NCBI GenBank assembly: GCA_904063045.1
Contig: CAJFCJ010000012.1
Coordinates: forward strand, 1,612,001-1,676,000
Source of the DNA: Dimorphilus gyrociliatus
Lineage: Eukaryota > Animalia > Annelida
DNA length: 64,000 bases
Direction of reading: 5' to 3'
Position numbers and translations under genes: made by a program. How positions within the stretch are numbered: position 1 is the stretch's first letter; every line of letters begins with the position of its first letter. Under the pieces are notes generated by a model that saw only the letters and a program-made list of their open reading frames with translations, was not told the DNA's origin and did no database searches. Below, piece after piece: positions 12,401 to 24,301 of this stretch.

Positions 12401-14112
12401 TTAACTACCTTTACTAGCATTTGGAATTTTATCGGTATCTTCGTTTTCATGTTTGTAAATCTTATTGGTCATCTGTACTTCTAATTTTGGAAAAGAATTA
12501 TTAGAAATTACCTTATTCTCCTTCTCCAAAGTGTTATCGTCAGTTTTATTCTTTATTAAACTAGTAGATTTGCTTCTAATAGGCCATTTGGGTTCTTTGG
12601 AGCATTTTCCACTATCATTCTTCGCCCTCTGCTGGGTATCTTTTCTCAGGTTCAGATCCTGATTTTCCGATAGCTGATCAAACTTTGAGTGGTCACCCAA
12701 TCCAGGGTATTTGTTTTTTCTATTTCTGAATGATGAATAATTGGTCAATGGCGGCCTTCTGTAATTAGTTACTCCTGTTCCACGTCCCAGAGACATTCTT
12801 CCTATTAATGAAGAGATTGTCTTTAGATTTAACTCTTATGAGTTGATTTATTTACATGGTTTGATTCTTACCATTAATTGATGTCTGTTTGGGAACGCTA
12901 GTTCTTTCGTTATTCCCTACTAATTTGGCTACCATAACGGTATCTGATTTTTCCTGCTCCTTAACAGAACTAGACGTATCCTCTTTCTTTTCTGCATTAA
13001 TTCGATTTTTAGCCGTACAAATCTCATCTGACTTGTTAATTTCTTCCAAATCGTCTTCTGGTGTGTTTTTATTATCCCTTTTGCCGGTAGCCGATCTTTT
13101 GTACGGATCTAATGAAACAGTATATAGCCTCTTTTCAGGAGAAAATCCACTTTCCCAAACACCGTTGGAGACTGAAAATCCTTTACGACCGGCTGAAATT
13201 CGAAAACGTCCCCTTTGAATGTTAATAACCCAATTTGCATCAATTCTCGTTGTCATGTAATCAGTTTCGATATGAATCGATCCAATCATAGGAGAAGTTC
13301 GAATAACCTTTGACCAAGCCGTCACGGAAACGTCACCTCGAGCAGATTGAAAGACTCGCACCTTGTTGAAAACAAATCAGATTTGCTTATCGAGTATTTT
13401 ATGCACGATATGTTACAAACATTATTCACGCAAACGGATAAAGCGCCGTTTCTATAGAATCTATATTGCGCTTGCTTGACAATCTGTTGAATAGCCTTAT
13501 TGAAGTTCAAACTGGTTGCATGACCGTTTGGCGGCAATAATAACGCCATGGTTGGATCCCTTCTCAAATCTTTGTTCAATAGTATTTTGAGAAAAATCAA
13601 GGAATTAAAGCAATTAAGGAAACGAGTAATAAATAGAAACATTATTGAATTATTGACAATCTTACCACGAAACTGCGGTTCAGCAGTTAGAATTTTATCA
13701 TCTCGCATCTTATAAGTAGTATTGCCTTGAGCGAAGATTAAATTTCCAGCGCAGAGTTTTGCCCTTCTGTCCCAATAAGCATGCATCTCTATCTCAGATG
13801 CATCTTGTATAATTTTACCGGCCGGATGATAAAGACTTACGTAAGATCTTTTCGAGTTGATAAAAGCAACGGTTTTAAATCTATGTCACATATTTTTTAA
13901 GTTCATTGTTAAAATGTACAAATAAACAAAAGTGTAGTTTATTACTTTGGATTAACGACCCGGACATCGTTGTTGATTGTCAACTCAACTGTTAAATCTT
14001 GATTCAATAGGATAGTCATAACTCCTATTGGACTAACGTAGATCGTTGGATACACGATATTGGGAGACATTTGGAGCATGTTAACAGCACTATCAATCAT
14101 TAATGGTTCCAT
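12401..14112 (-). CDS. Uncharacterised multi-exon protein: beta-strand-rich N-terminal domain plus a low-complexity basic tail; start codon uncertain
   Basis: Four ORF-track fragments join through GT-AG introns (approx. 13944-13881, 13671-13579, 13420-13364, 12869-12803) into one frame: TIYVSPIGVMTILLNQDLTVELTINNDVRVVNPKFKTVAFINSKRSYVSLYHPAGKIIQ...VRVFQSARGDVSV. No family recognised. Confidence 0.7.
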
Positions 14113-14740
14113 ACTTTCCGGATTTAGAGCCGATGTTAGAGGTCTTTCTCCCAAATGATCATTCTTAACTGCTTAAAAGCAAAAATAATTAGCTTTTTAA
14201 AAAACTACCAGTTAATTTTTTTTCTCTATTGTATTTAAATATTCACGATATTTCATTCTTTCATAATTATTCATTTTTTTCCAACTTTTATCAATATTGA
14301 AAGATGACTGATAGCTTAATCTATGCTTCTTTTTGTTTCAAAAGGAAGAGCAACTTTTACGTTATAACATCAATTGAATGTTTGTCTACTAAACAAAATT
14401 TGTATTTTAAAATATAAAATATAACGTTACGTTTTCCTAAAAAAACAAAAGATACAAAATACAAACAAATGAACGTTACGAAGTTAATTTTGTGTAATTT
14501 ACCCACAAGATGGGGTTAGATGTTGTTCTTTAAATAGGGAAAGAGAGGGAGAGGAAATATTAGGAAGGCATTGAGATAAAACGATATACTATACAGTATA
14601 TATATATATATATATATATTTATCACATTTTAGAGGACAGGAATACGTTGTAGGTTATTCTTTTTATGTAGATACAGTCATGGAAATGATGAAATAGATC
14701 TTTGTATAAATAAAGAGATGCTATAATGAATTCTTAAAAT

Positions 14741-16444
14741 CTATACTCTATGCAGGAAAACATCCATTATATTCTCTCTGTATCCTTTCCGATAGAATTT
14801 TGAGTTGGCATCTTTAAAAATAGCAAGTTTATATCTTTCATTTGTCGTCTGATTGGATAATATTAAATATGCATGGTATATTAATAAAGCGCCAACTAGT
14901 AATGATAAAACTGATAATGTAGCCGTTAGAAACATAAGAAGAGGATTATCCATGAAGAGTACCTGTTGTTATTTTTAGTGTATCTATTATATTCATATAA
15001 TAGTACGAAAATGGCTTGAAAGTCTACCTGAATTAAGACACTTAATTTCATATCATGGGCTACGTTATTGCTGTCTAGCCATTTTGCATTCCATAATTTC
15101 CTAAATTCAATTATGTAACTAAAAGCAGTAGTACATCGAATAGTTGCGTAGCAACTCATAACAATTATAGAGAATAAATATAATATGAAATATCGATGAT
15201 TGTTTCCTCCAATAGCATTGTGTACCCAAGAGCAATAATGATCATAACGGTAAATGCACAAGTTCAAATAAGCTGCAACACAACAGTTTATATTTTATTA
15301 AAAAGACAGGAAATCTACAAGTCTTTATATACTATATGTATAATATATAAACAGAGTATATATTTATATACTAACGGCAATGTTTTGATCTTGCAGGTTT
15401 TTGAAAGAAACACGTTGAACATTTATTATTCTTTTTGTAAATTATTCCATCAAACTCGTATTTTCTTAAACACCTGCAATTAATTAATTCAAGAAAATGA
15501 GGATGCACTTTGCATAACCGTTTTAATTAAAGAAATGGAGTGTTTTCTCCACTATAAAACATTACTTGTATAGATTTTTCTTGATAATTACACCAGGATC
15601 CGAACGAGTACAAATAATCAGCATAATTACATGGAAAATTAGTAATGAAAATGTTGGTGTAGCGATGCTTAAATCCTTTTCCTTTAAGTAAAGAACTGGA
15701 ATTGCCCTTGTTAGAAAAATGTAATGACAAACGACAACTATAATCAGATTTAGGTATAAGATGCACTTCGACCTGTGAAAAGGAATAGCAGACCCAATTA
15801 ACGTTAACTTTTTAAAGGGAGAGGAATAAAAGGGGTAATAGTTTCTGAGCTAGGATTTAAACCTGTACGCAACATTTTGTCCTTTATTCTACTCAAACTA
15901 TAACTCCTCCATTCCTCTGTTATTTTATAAAATCTCTAACCTCGTATTTACAAATATACACAAATAATTTCTTATTCTACAAGGAATAACTTGCCAACTT
16001 TTGTCAAGAATCTAGAGCAAAAATCAAATTTAGTCAATTATTATTAGGTTATCTCTCTATTTTCGTGACATTTCTAATAAAGTGTCGATAAATTTCTTTG
16101 TATATTTCTCTTTCACTAAACTCATTGCTTTTTTTTTATTTACTAATTCCCTTTAGTATAAAATTTCATCAACATCCCTCTCCAAGGATTAGGTCCCTTT
16201 TCCTCCCTCTCCTCCACCCCCTTTCCTTATTTATTTGTTATTTCGTCATTTAATATGTATTTAATTGGTTTTTGCAGTTTTCTTATTCGGACTTAAACAT
16301 AGTAATCATACTTACGTGCCCAATAGCTGTATAGCATTTATCTAACAGACTTCCTTTCGAGTACAGAGTACCGTTACCGAAATACAAGAAACTAATAGTA
16401 CCCAATACTAGTAAATATATAAAAAGGAGAGTTAGGAAATCCAT
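14741..16444 (-). CDS. ZDHHC4: Palmitoyltransferase, ZDHHC4-like, with a DHYC active-site motif
   Basis: The start [11 protein letters not shown] resembles ZDHHC4 MDFLVLFLFYL. Also seen: [24 protein letters not shown]|[29 protein letters not shown] and the NQTTNE (TTxE) motif. Confidence 0.85.
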
Positions 16445-17494
16445 CTATAGCTTATTTAATAATCAGATTTTAATTAAATTGCATAGTTCACTTGGATACT
16501 ATATTGCTTTTTCGTTTAACGATCGGTATATTTAAAATTTTTCATTAAATTCCAATAATTTCAGCAACTAACAAACTATTATCGAATATCGTTCAATACT
16601 TATTATGGACGATGTCCATTTCCTAAAAATATTCAGTTAATATTTGCATTGTTCCTTTGAATATAAAAAATATTTATATTTTCTACGATATTCTTTAAAA
16701 ATTCTATAAATATTTACTCAATATTTCCGGCCATAAAATTAAAGTAACTCTCATTATTTATCTCTCTCTTTTCTTTCTTTTTTTCTTTCTTTCATTCTTT
16801 GCTTTTTTTCTTGTTTCTTCCTTCTTTTATTCTATCTTTCGTTATTTTTGCTCTCCGGCTGGGTTACTTTTAATTAATTATCAGGGAAGTTTGACTTACA
16901 TTTTCTTTAAGTACTTTAGAATTTATCAATATTCCATTGTGTCAAGTATCTAAATTAAAAATCTAACCCTTTATCTTAGCTGTCGTCCTACAATAAAAAT
17001 TGTAAAGTCGACATATTGATTGATAGGAACCACGCATCGCTTATGCTCATTGCAACAAATTATACATTATCAGTATTTCTTTGACAATGTTTTCTCTGTT
17101 TGTGTTTATTTACTATGTTTCCTTTTTAAGAGAAACGACAAAGAGAATGTTTAAGTGTGAGCAAAAAAATTTTTATTATAAGTAATAAATTTTGACAAAT
17201 AATTGACAATTCTTCATTTTTTTCCCCTTATTTCAAACAAGAACAAACTTTTTTCAAAAATTGAAAAAAATAACACGACTTCTAAACAACAGCCTTTATT
17301 TAAATACGTAACTAGTCAAAAACTCTGGAAAATTGGCACCTTAAATTAAATATATCGCAAGTGCAAATTGAGTTAGTTTTTCAAGATGTTACGATACGAT
17401 TTAAATATTTATTTATAGTCAATATGAATATAAATGGAATAATTCACAATAAATTTCCGATATCCTTATATAGTATATTAAGATGTAAGTATAA

Positions 17495-17502
<8 letters not shown>

Positions 17503-17532
<30 letters not shown>
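17503..17532. repeat. (AT)n microsatellite
   Basis: Direct dinucleotide run. Confidence 0.9.
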
Positions 17533-17536
<4 letters not shown>

Positions 17537-17708
17537 TTATATATATAACTTTAATCTTTCCTACTGACTGGAAACTATAAGATTAATATAAATAAATCAT
17601 TTGTTGTTTTTTCTTAAGTATACGCAAGCACGGACGAAATAAATAAAAAATATCGATTAAAAAAATACGGCACGTCAGAATTTAAGTAAGCATATAACCT
17701 GAAAAAAA

Positions 17709-20700
17709 TCACAGCACTCTTTCATAGAATAAGAGATACGCTTGACATTTAGCTACAGCGTCTTCATTAACTTCACTAACCCTACTATCACTTATGTAAA
17801 ACCATCTACCAGGATTCCCGTCCACTTCTTGATCGTCATTACAGAACATTTGTTTTAATTCATTGATTTTGCTCAAACGGATGCTATTTTGCTCGATCGA
17901 ATTAAGGAAATTTTTTATTGATCTTGATGACCTGACCTTTACATAGGCTGTGTAATGGCCTCCCGATATTCTACCAGAATGCTCCACGACCGCGTAAAGG
18001 TTGTATAAGACTCGATTGCTATTTATGTTTAACGCCTGTGAACTACAGTATGGTGAAATATCCAAAACAAAAGGGAATTGCACCATTCTGTTCACTTTCC
18101 GTGTTACATAATCAATCTAAAGGTAAAAATAAAAGAATTAATATACCGTCGGTTTTAGGAAACAATAAGAATAATAAAATATAAATACTTACTTGTTGAA
18201 ATCTCTTTAAATGAATCGTTAAAACAGAGGGAGGAATAAATATTAAAACCCTCTTGCTTGCATTTCGCAGTACCACTTGAGAATTCTCTATTAGCAAGGA
18301 AATGATAAAGGAAACAAGTAATTTCATTTATAGAAAAAATGTTTAATAAAATAGCTCATACCAGAGGTTTTTGAACAGTATCTACAATTGAATTTATTAT
18401 TTCCTGTCAATACTTCAGGTGCAGTAAAATTACTAAAGCAGGATTGAACAGAGCATTCGTTCTGTTGGCTATGATAAGGTGCTCCTAACGAGCGCATTGC
18501 TTTTTCGACAATGTAATGCTTTCGTTTTAATTCTTTTTCTGCGACCCCATTAAATTCCGCTCCATTCACTTTCAGCTGACCGATTTCCTCTGCGAGTGAT
18601 TCTACAGAGCCAATATGTGCAGCTGAATTGTCCCCTTTCTCTTTATCAATTGCAACATTATCATCTATAACAGAATTAGCATTCGTAGAAAGATTATCTT
18701 CCACGTCAGCGTCCGAGCATTGATCGGAGTCCTCACTAGCAGCAGGAGCAACATTGGCCGGTAATTTGGCAGCTGCTTGTGCTTTAGCTCTCCTTTCGCC
18801 TCTCTTCGACTTAAAAGAACCGCTCAACTGTAAAAAGAAATTTGACGTCCAAGTATATATATACTGCATATCTTTTTTTAGATATATCTCATCTATGCTT
18901 ATATAAATTTATATATATATATATATGTATAGGTATAATGTTATTATAATTCACCAACACCAAAAATATTATCTTACCTTATCCTCAGTGATAGGCAACG
19001 AAATATCCAAGAATGGTTCAAATATTTGAGACGGCTTTATAAAGAAATTGAATATTGTGTTTTAATTAAAATACTAAATAGAATATAATAAAAGACTTAC
19101 AGTTTGACATTCCTCGCACGTTACTGTTGAAATAAACAGTCCACCGAATATATTATCAACAATTGTATGTCGTGCTTGGCGTCCGTAATCTGTAATAAGT
19201 TAAAGGATAATTAACAAATATATAAATTATTCAGTAATGCTATTATTATATATACATTTGACAAGCGATTTCATATTTGGTGTTAACTGTCCACTTTTCT
19301 TTTTTTCACCAATATTCAATTTTAGGCACACAGCAGACTGTACTCTCTAAAAGATATCATTATATTAAATCATTTTACTACAAGGAAGGTAAATACTTTT
19401 ATTTCTTCTGCCTTTACTCCATCCCAGAGATATCTTAGCAATTCGTGGCTGTCTTGTTGTTGATAACCCTTAAACTTTGGTGCTCTGTCATTTGAAAAAA
19501 GTAGTTTGTATTTATAGGGCCATTAGCCACAAAACGACAAATGGACACAAACTTTTTACAAACATTGCCAAATAATATGTTTGGAGTAAGGACATGGCCT
19601 TTTTGATGCTGCATATCTCTTAAAAAGCTGGCTAATGCCTGGGTCAGGTTACCACATTCACCTAATTCTAATTTAATCGACTCTGCACTACGTGCTATAT
19701 CTTTTTCCTCATCACCAGAGCTACCTTCTGAGTCAGAAACCTGATTGCACCCTGGTAAAGTCATCATAGCCGTTGATTTAGCATGTTCTACTATGAGAGT
19801 ATCTAAGCCAGGTGTCTGATTCAGACTCTGAAATGAGAGCAATTTTCATAAACAGAACAAATTACTTACTATACCACACTTACCTGCATTACAGCATTGA
19901 AAAAGCATGTATTGCCTAAATTACTGAGACCCTGGAAAAGTGAGGCTATTAACCTTGAAGGAAATTTATTTATAGAATACCTTAATTTTGTGATTCAATT
20001 GTGATGGTTGAGAAGATCCAGTAGCACATTTACTATTAAAGTTATTATCCTCCGAAGAGTCAGATTTATGAGAATTCATACGTGATGGTGCTAAAAGTAT
20101 AATAAACAAATAGCAAATAAAATAAAAGTAAATAAAAGAAAAAGAACATCTTACTTGATTGATCAATAAATTTTTTTATGACTTCTAAAAAATCGTCAAA
20201 TCTATTTCCCGGAGGTGGAATATAATCGTCGCATTCATAACACCTAAAAGAGAAAGTACGATTTTAATTGGAAAGTAATGAAATATTTGTAGAATCTTAC
20301 CATAATTCCATTGTAGACGAATTGCATACTAGGGAATGAGAATTAGATCTTGGAGTTTCAAAATGTTTTAATGAGTGTCTGTCCTTTGTATTCCTTCCAC
20401 ATCCCTTATCAAAGGAACCGAAATAAAATTGTTTTCGATGAAAAAACACTATCGATGTAATTACCTGGTAACCACATTGCAAGCAAATCCATACAATAAC
20501 ATCGTCTTCAGAATCTGCTCCGCCACTCGCCGCTGATTCTTTCATACAACCCTACATAAATTCTACACTAAGCGAATTAAATTACTAAAATAATCCTGAC
20601 TTACAGAGCAACGTCCGATGACACGCTGTTGCTTAAGAGCTTTCTTCATGCTGTTTATATTAGTAGCCTTATTAAAATGAAGGCATCTTCCAGATCTTCC

Positions 20701-20778
20701 ATCGTCTGATGACTCATCAACTGCTTCTTTTCGATCTGATCGTTTTCGGTGTTGTTTCTTTTTACTTTTCTTAGGCAT
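17709..20778 (-). CDS. USP16/45: Ubiquitin-specific protease of the USP16/USP45 subfamily (ZnF-UBP plus USP domain), multi-exon
   Basis: Zn[13 protein letters not shown]|[20 protein letters not shown]; Cys box [16 protein letters not shown] (about 19931-19884); His box [18 protein letters not shown]; C-terminal AYLLFYERV. Confidence 0.93.
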
Positions 20779-21219
20779 TTTTGACTTTATATTTGGCAGA
20801 TTATTTTTATCACATACACGCATTGCCAATTGCGTTAAAACAATATTCGCAGTTAACACTATCTGAAAATTGCTTACGTCAAAAAACGTGGATGACATGG
20901 CTTTACAGTTAAATAAAATAATTATTCAACGATTTTTATATATTTGACAAGTATTTTAATGTGCAAACACCATAATTAAAATATACAAACCAAGTTTCTT
21001 CTTTAATATGTTAAAGTTATTTCTCACAAACACGTCTGTTTTCTGGCTGAATGAAAATCGAACGGTGTTAGCACGGATACATGATCCCCTTCGAAACTAG
21101 GAGGAAAATTAGAAAATGGAAAACAAACCACATCACTTTTTTCTCTTTACCGGCTTTTATTTCTCTAGCGAAATATACTTGTTCGGCCTAGAAGTCTTTA
21201 TTACTCGACCAGCAAGACA

Positions 21220-21719
21220 ATGTCTCAAGTACAACAGCCAAAAGCCGCATCAGCTCAAAGTAAAGAAGCTATATTGAAATTCTATCTGAAACGGCTAAAA
21301 GACGATATAAAGTCTATAATTGATAATTATGTAGAAATAATAAAATTGGCAAAAGTGGAAGAAGATTCCCAGATCTCAAGACTAACTCAAGCTGAACAAG
21401 ATCAGTATGAAATGCAAGTCAGAGCATCAAATATAGTAAGATTATAACATCTCATTCTGTTTGTATTACATTAACGAAAAATTTGAAAATAAAAATACAG
21501 GTTAGAGCGTGTGAATCTCTCCTAAAGTTGGTATCTGATATAAAACAGTACATTCTTCTAAATGATTTCGTTAGTGTCAATGAAGTAATTCACCATACTC
21601 GTATGAGTTACACTCAGAAGCAGCAAATTCATGACCACGCTCTAATTGCAATTAGGAATGAAATCGCGGATGAACTTTATGATTTAGAAGAAGAATATTA
21701 CTCATCACATTACAGATGA
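21220..21719 (+). CDS. MED22: Mediator complex subunit 22 (exons 21220-21435 and 21501-21719)
   Basis: [34 protein letters not shown]|[36 protein letters not shown]; GT-AG intron. Confidence 0.95.
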
Positions 21720-21809
21720 AAACATGAAATTTTTAACTAACTAACTAATCGCATTCAGAAAATTAACAACATTCAAATAAAAGAAACACAACAACAAAAT
21801 AAAAAGTTC

Positions 21810-23380
21810 TCATGGTGCAGATGGTTGAGAAGTAGAATTAGACGCATACTGTGTATCTAGATGTAACAGACGAGTCGCCATCACTTCACAGTCAATTTGC
21901 ATCATAGCAACAGATCCTTGAGGAGGTCGAAGAGTGTCATTCAAATTCGAAGCCGGCATGACTAAGGACATTCGAGGTCGCATTGTCTTGTTATGGGCAG
22001 TAGCCGGCAGCAATAAGTTGTCCTTGGCAAATGAAACAACGTAAAAAGTATCATTTCTTCTTGCTATCGCCTCTAGCAGGCGTTTCTGAAAGCGATCAGC
22101 ATTTGAAAACAGCTGAATCGGATATGGTTGTTTTTTAAAGCGCAATTTCTTTCTATATACTTTACGAGCTTTCTGAGGAGTTTTTTGCGCTTCTTTCTGA
22201 TTCAACACCCATCCACGTAATTCATTCGCTAACCTTTGCGACTCAGTAGCATTAAATGACTTTGGACACATTATAGATTGATCAATAGGCATTATGGCGG
22301 CAGTTATTCTTTTCAATTCATCATTACTTTTGAGAAAAGAGAAGGCATTGTTCTTATATGGTGGTTCATCATTATACGATAGAATGCTTCTTCCACCAGC
22401 ATGTCTCTCTGATAGTATTTGAGACTGCTGTTGATTAATTGGAATAAAAAAGTATGCCATATTAAATGTAAAAAGTAGTAAAACTCCAAAAACTGCAACT
22501 CCCTTCTTCTTATTAGTGATGTCACTAGTTAATAGCATTTTTTTCTTCAGCTCTAAGTTTTCCTGTTGAGTACTATTTAAACGTTCCTTTAAGTCAGCAT
22601 TTTCCCTGGCTAGTTTCATATTTTCTTCATGTGTCTGTTTTAGCCGTTCTTCTAAACTTGTCATGTATTCTTTTTTGCGTTTTCGGGACAAACAGGCAGA
22701 CTCTCGGTTTTTTATCATTCGCTGTTGCTTCTTCAAAGCCCTCAGTTGTACATCGTTCACTGAAGGCTGTTGAGCAACCGATTTCTTTTCAATTACTGGT
22801 TGTGAAACACTGATAAGTTGACCTGTTTTTGCTAGGTGAGCTAATTCTTCTGGCCTAAGAATTAATTGTTGTTGAGTCCCACCAGCTTCTACTTTGACTA
22901 CTGTAGTGGCTTTAGGGGTTATTGGGTTAGTTTGTACGACACGAGGGGCAATTGGAACGTTTGGAGCAATTGTAGTTTTCTTGCCAGCGCCCTGAATCGC
23001 TGGAGTGATACCTGAATCCAGGGATGATTCTGAACAATTTGAATTGGTGGGGGATAGAGGCTCTTGTTTAATGCATGTCTCTAGACCGCTATCTGACGAA
23101 TCTGATGCATCTAGACGCCAGGCATCCGACATGTTTACATCGGTACAGAGTTCATCTGCCTTAGGGATTAAATCATCGTCAATTGACAATAAATCTCCAG
23201 CAGAAAAATCGGCAGGAATATTTAAGAATTCGGTGAAATAAGGATCTGAAACAATTGCGTTATAAGAATGGTCAAGGCGGCATGGGTGTCTTTTAACTGA
23301 TAGCTACCGTTAATGTCCCAATCTGGCCGAAAGTCAGGGAAATCCTCAAAATTGTCTTGCTTCGCACAATTATCTGTCAT
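21810..23380 (-). CDS. ATF6: ER-stress membrane-bound bZIP factor ATF6 (exons 23380-23308 and 23245-21810)
   Basis: bZIP RMIKNRESACLSRKRKKEY, TM helix, S1P-type RSIL site, and luminal RRNDTFYVVSF and MMQIDCEV motifs. Confidence 0.93.
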
Positions 23381-23480
23381 AATCGAAGTAATTATGAAGC
23401 ATTCACGAAAGAGAAATAGAAAATAGCATGTAAAAGGGGCTTTCAGACTCAGACACGTCTACAAAATATTTGTTCTTAGA

Positions 23481-23498
23481 AATGGCGTTCCGGAAGTA
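23481..23498. promoter_or_regulatory. Adjacent YY1-like (AAATGGCG) and ETS (CCGGAAGT) motifs about 100 bp upstream of the ATF6 ATG
   Basis: Consensus matches only, in a typical proximal-promoter position; no functional data. Confidence 0.35.
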
Positions 23499-24063
23499 AA
23501 TAAATTCGTAAAAGTGGGTCAATAAAATATTTCAGTAGGATATTTTGGCTTCAAAAATTTTTATTTGTTGAATTTAGGGCGGAAAAAATTTTGTATGTTG
23601 AAAATATTTGTACGAAAATAATACGACAGTGGCGCGAAGTTCAAAAATCACAGTAGGTGACGCTCGCCAGGCGTCGCCGCGAAGCGCATTGCATTTTGAG
23701 AGATCGGAGACGGCCGAGTCGACGGGACGTCTAAAAAGAGCTTTGATCTCCGCATAGGCAGGTGGCCTAAGAGCATAGCAGAAGAAGGAAGAAAACATCT
23801 GATCTACCTAAAGTCCTGCTTACGTTCGTTGTTTTAGTAGTTGTTGTATAATATTCATTGCATAACCATTACCGTAAATAATTAGCCAAGCATCTACATT
23901 CGTTGTTCGTGCATGACCGAATCACTTCAGTGAAAAATCCTTCCCTCTGTAACCAAACGCGGAGAATGATTGATCAGCCGTCGTTGTAGTAGCTTTCTTC
24001 TCCTGGCCATCTCGTTATCATTAATAGAAGTCTGACAATTTTTCGTTACGATAGTGTATCCCT

Positions 24064-24128
24064 GCGGTTTTCACTGTGTTTGCCTTGATGTGCAAGTTCA
24101 GACGATTAAGGCACGCGGTGAAAGCCAC
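24064..24128 (+). ncRNA. mir-124: pre-miR-124 hairpin; mature 3p arm TAAGGCACGCGGTGAAAGCCA(C) at 24107-24128
   Basis: The 3p arm matches canonical miR-124 (UAAGGCACGCGGUGAAUGCCA) at 20 of 21 positions. The 5p arm GGTTTTCACTGTGTTTGCCTTGAT pairs with it in a roughly 22-bp stem with a 15-nt loop and an apical UGUG motif. Confidence 0.93.
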
Positions 24129-24295
24129 AGAGTGACGTCACGCCTTTCTTCAGAAATTGAGAAACGCCCCGAGACGGTTGGCGAAGAGTAAACAGGACAA
24201 TCTTTTTTGAGGCGCCCTAAATTAACTGTAGTCTCGTTTCGTGCAGCTTTCTGCTATATTGACTGCGTTCTCTTTACTATAAAAGTATAACACAA

Positions 24296-24301
24296 AATAA
24301 A
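24296..24301 (+). terminator. AATAAA poly(A) signal, probable 3' end of the pri-miR-124 transcript
   Basis: Canonical hexamer about 170 nt downstream of the hairpin, followed by T-rich sequence; the assignment is inferred. Confidence 0.4.

Noticed and set aside
1-24128. DGCR8 with miR-124, MED16 with MED22, and DGCR8 with a ZDHHC gene (echo of human 22q11) as functional clusters
   Set aside because: The genes are separated by unrelated loci, the ZDHHC is ZDHHC4-like rather than ZDHHC8, and chance co-occurrence is likely at this gene density.
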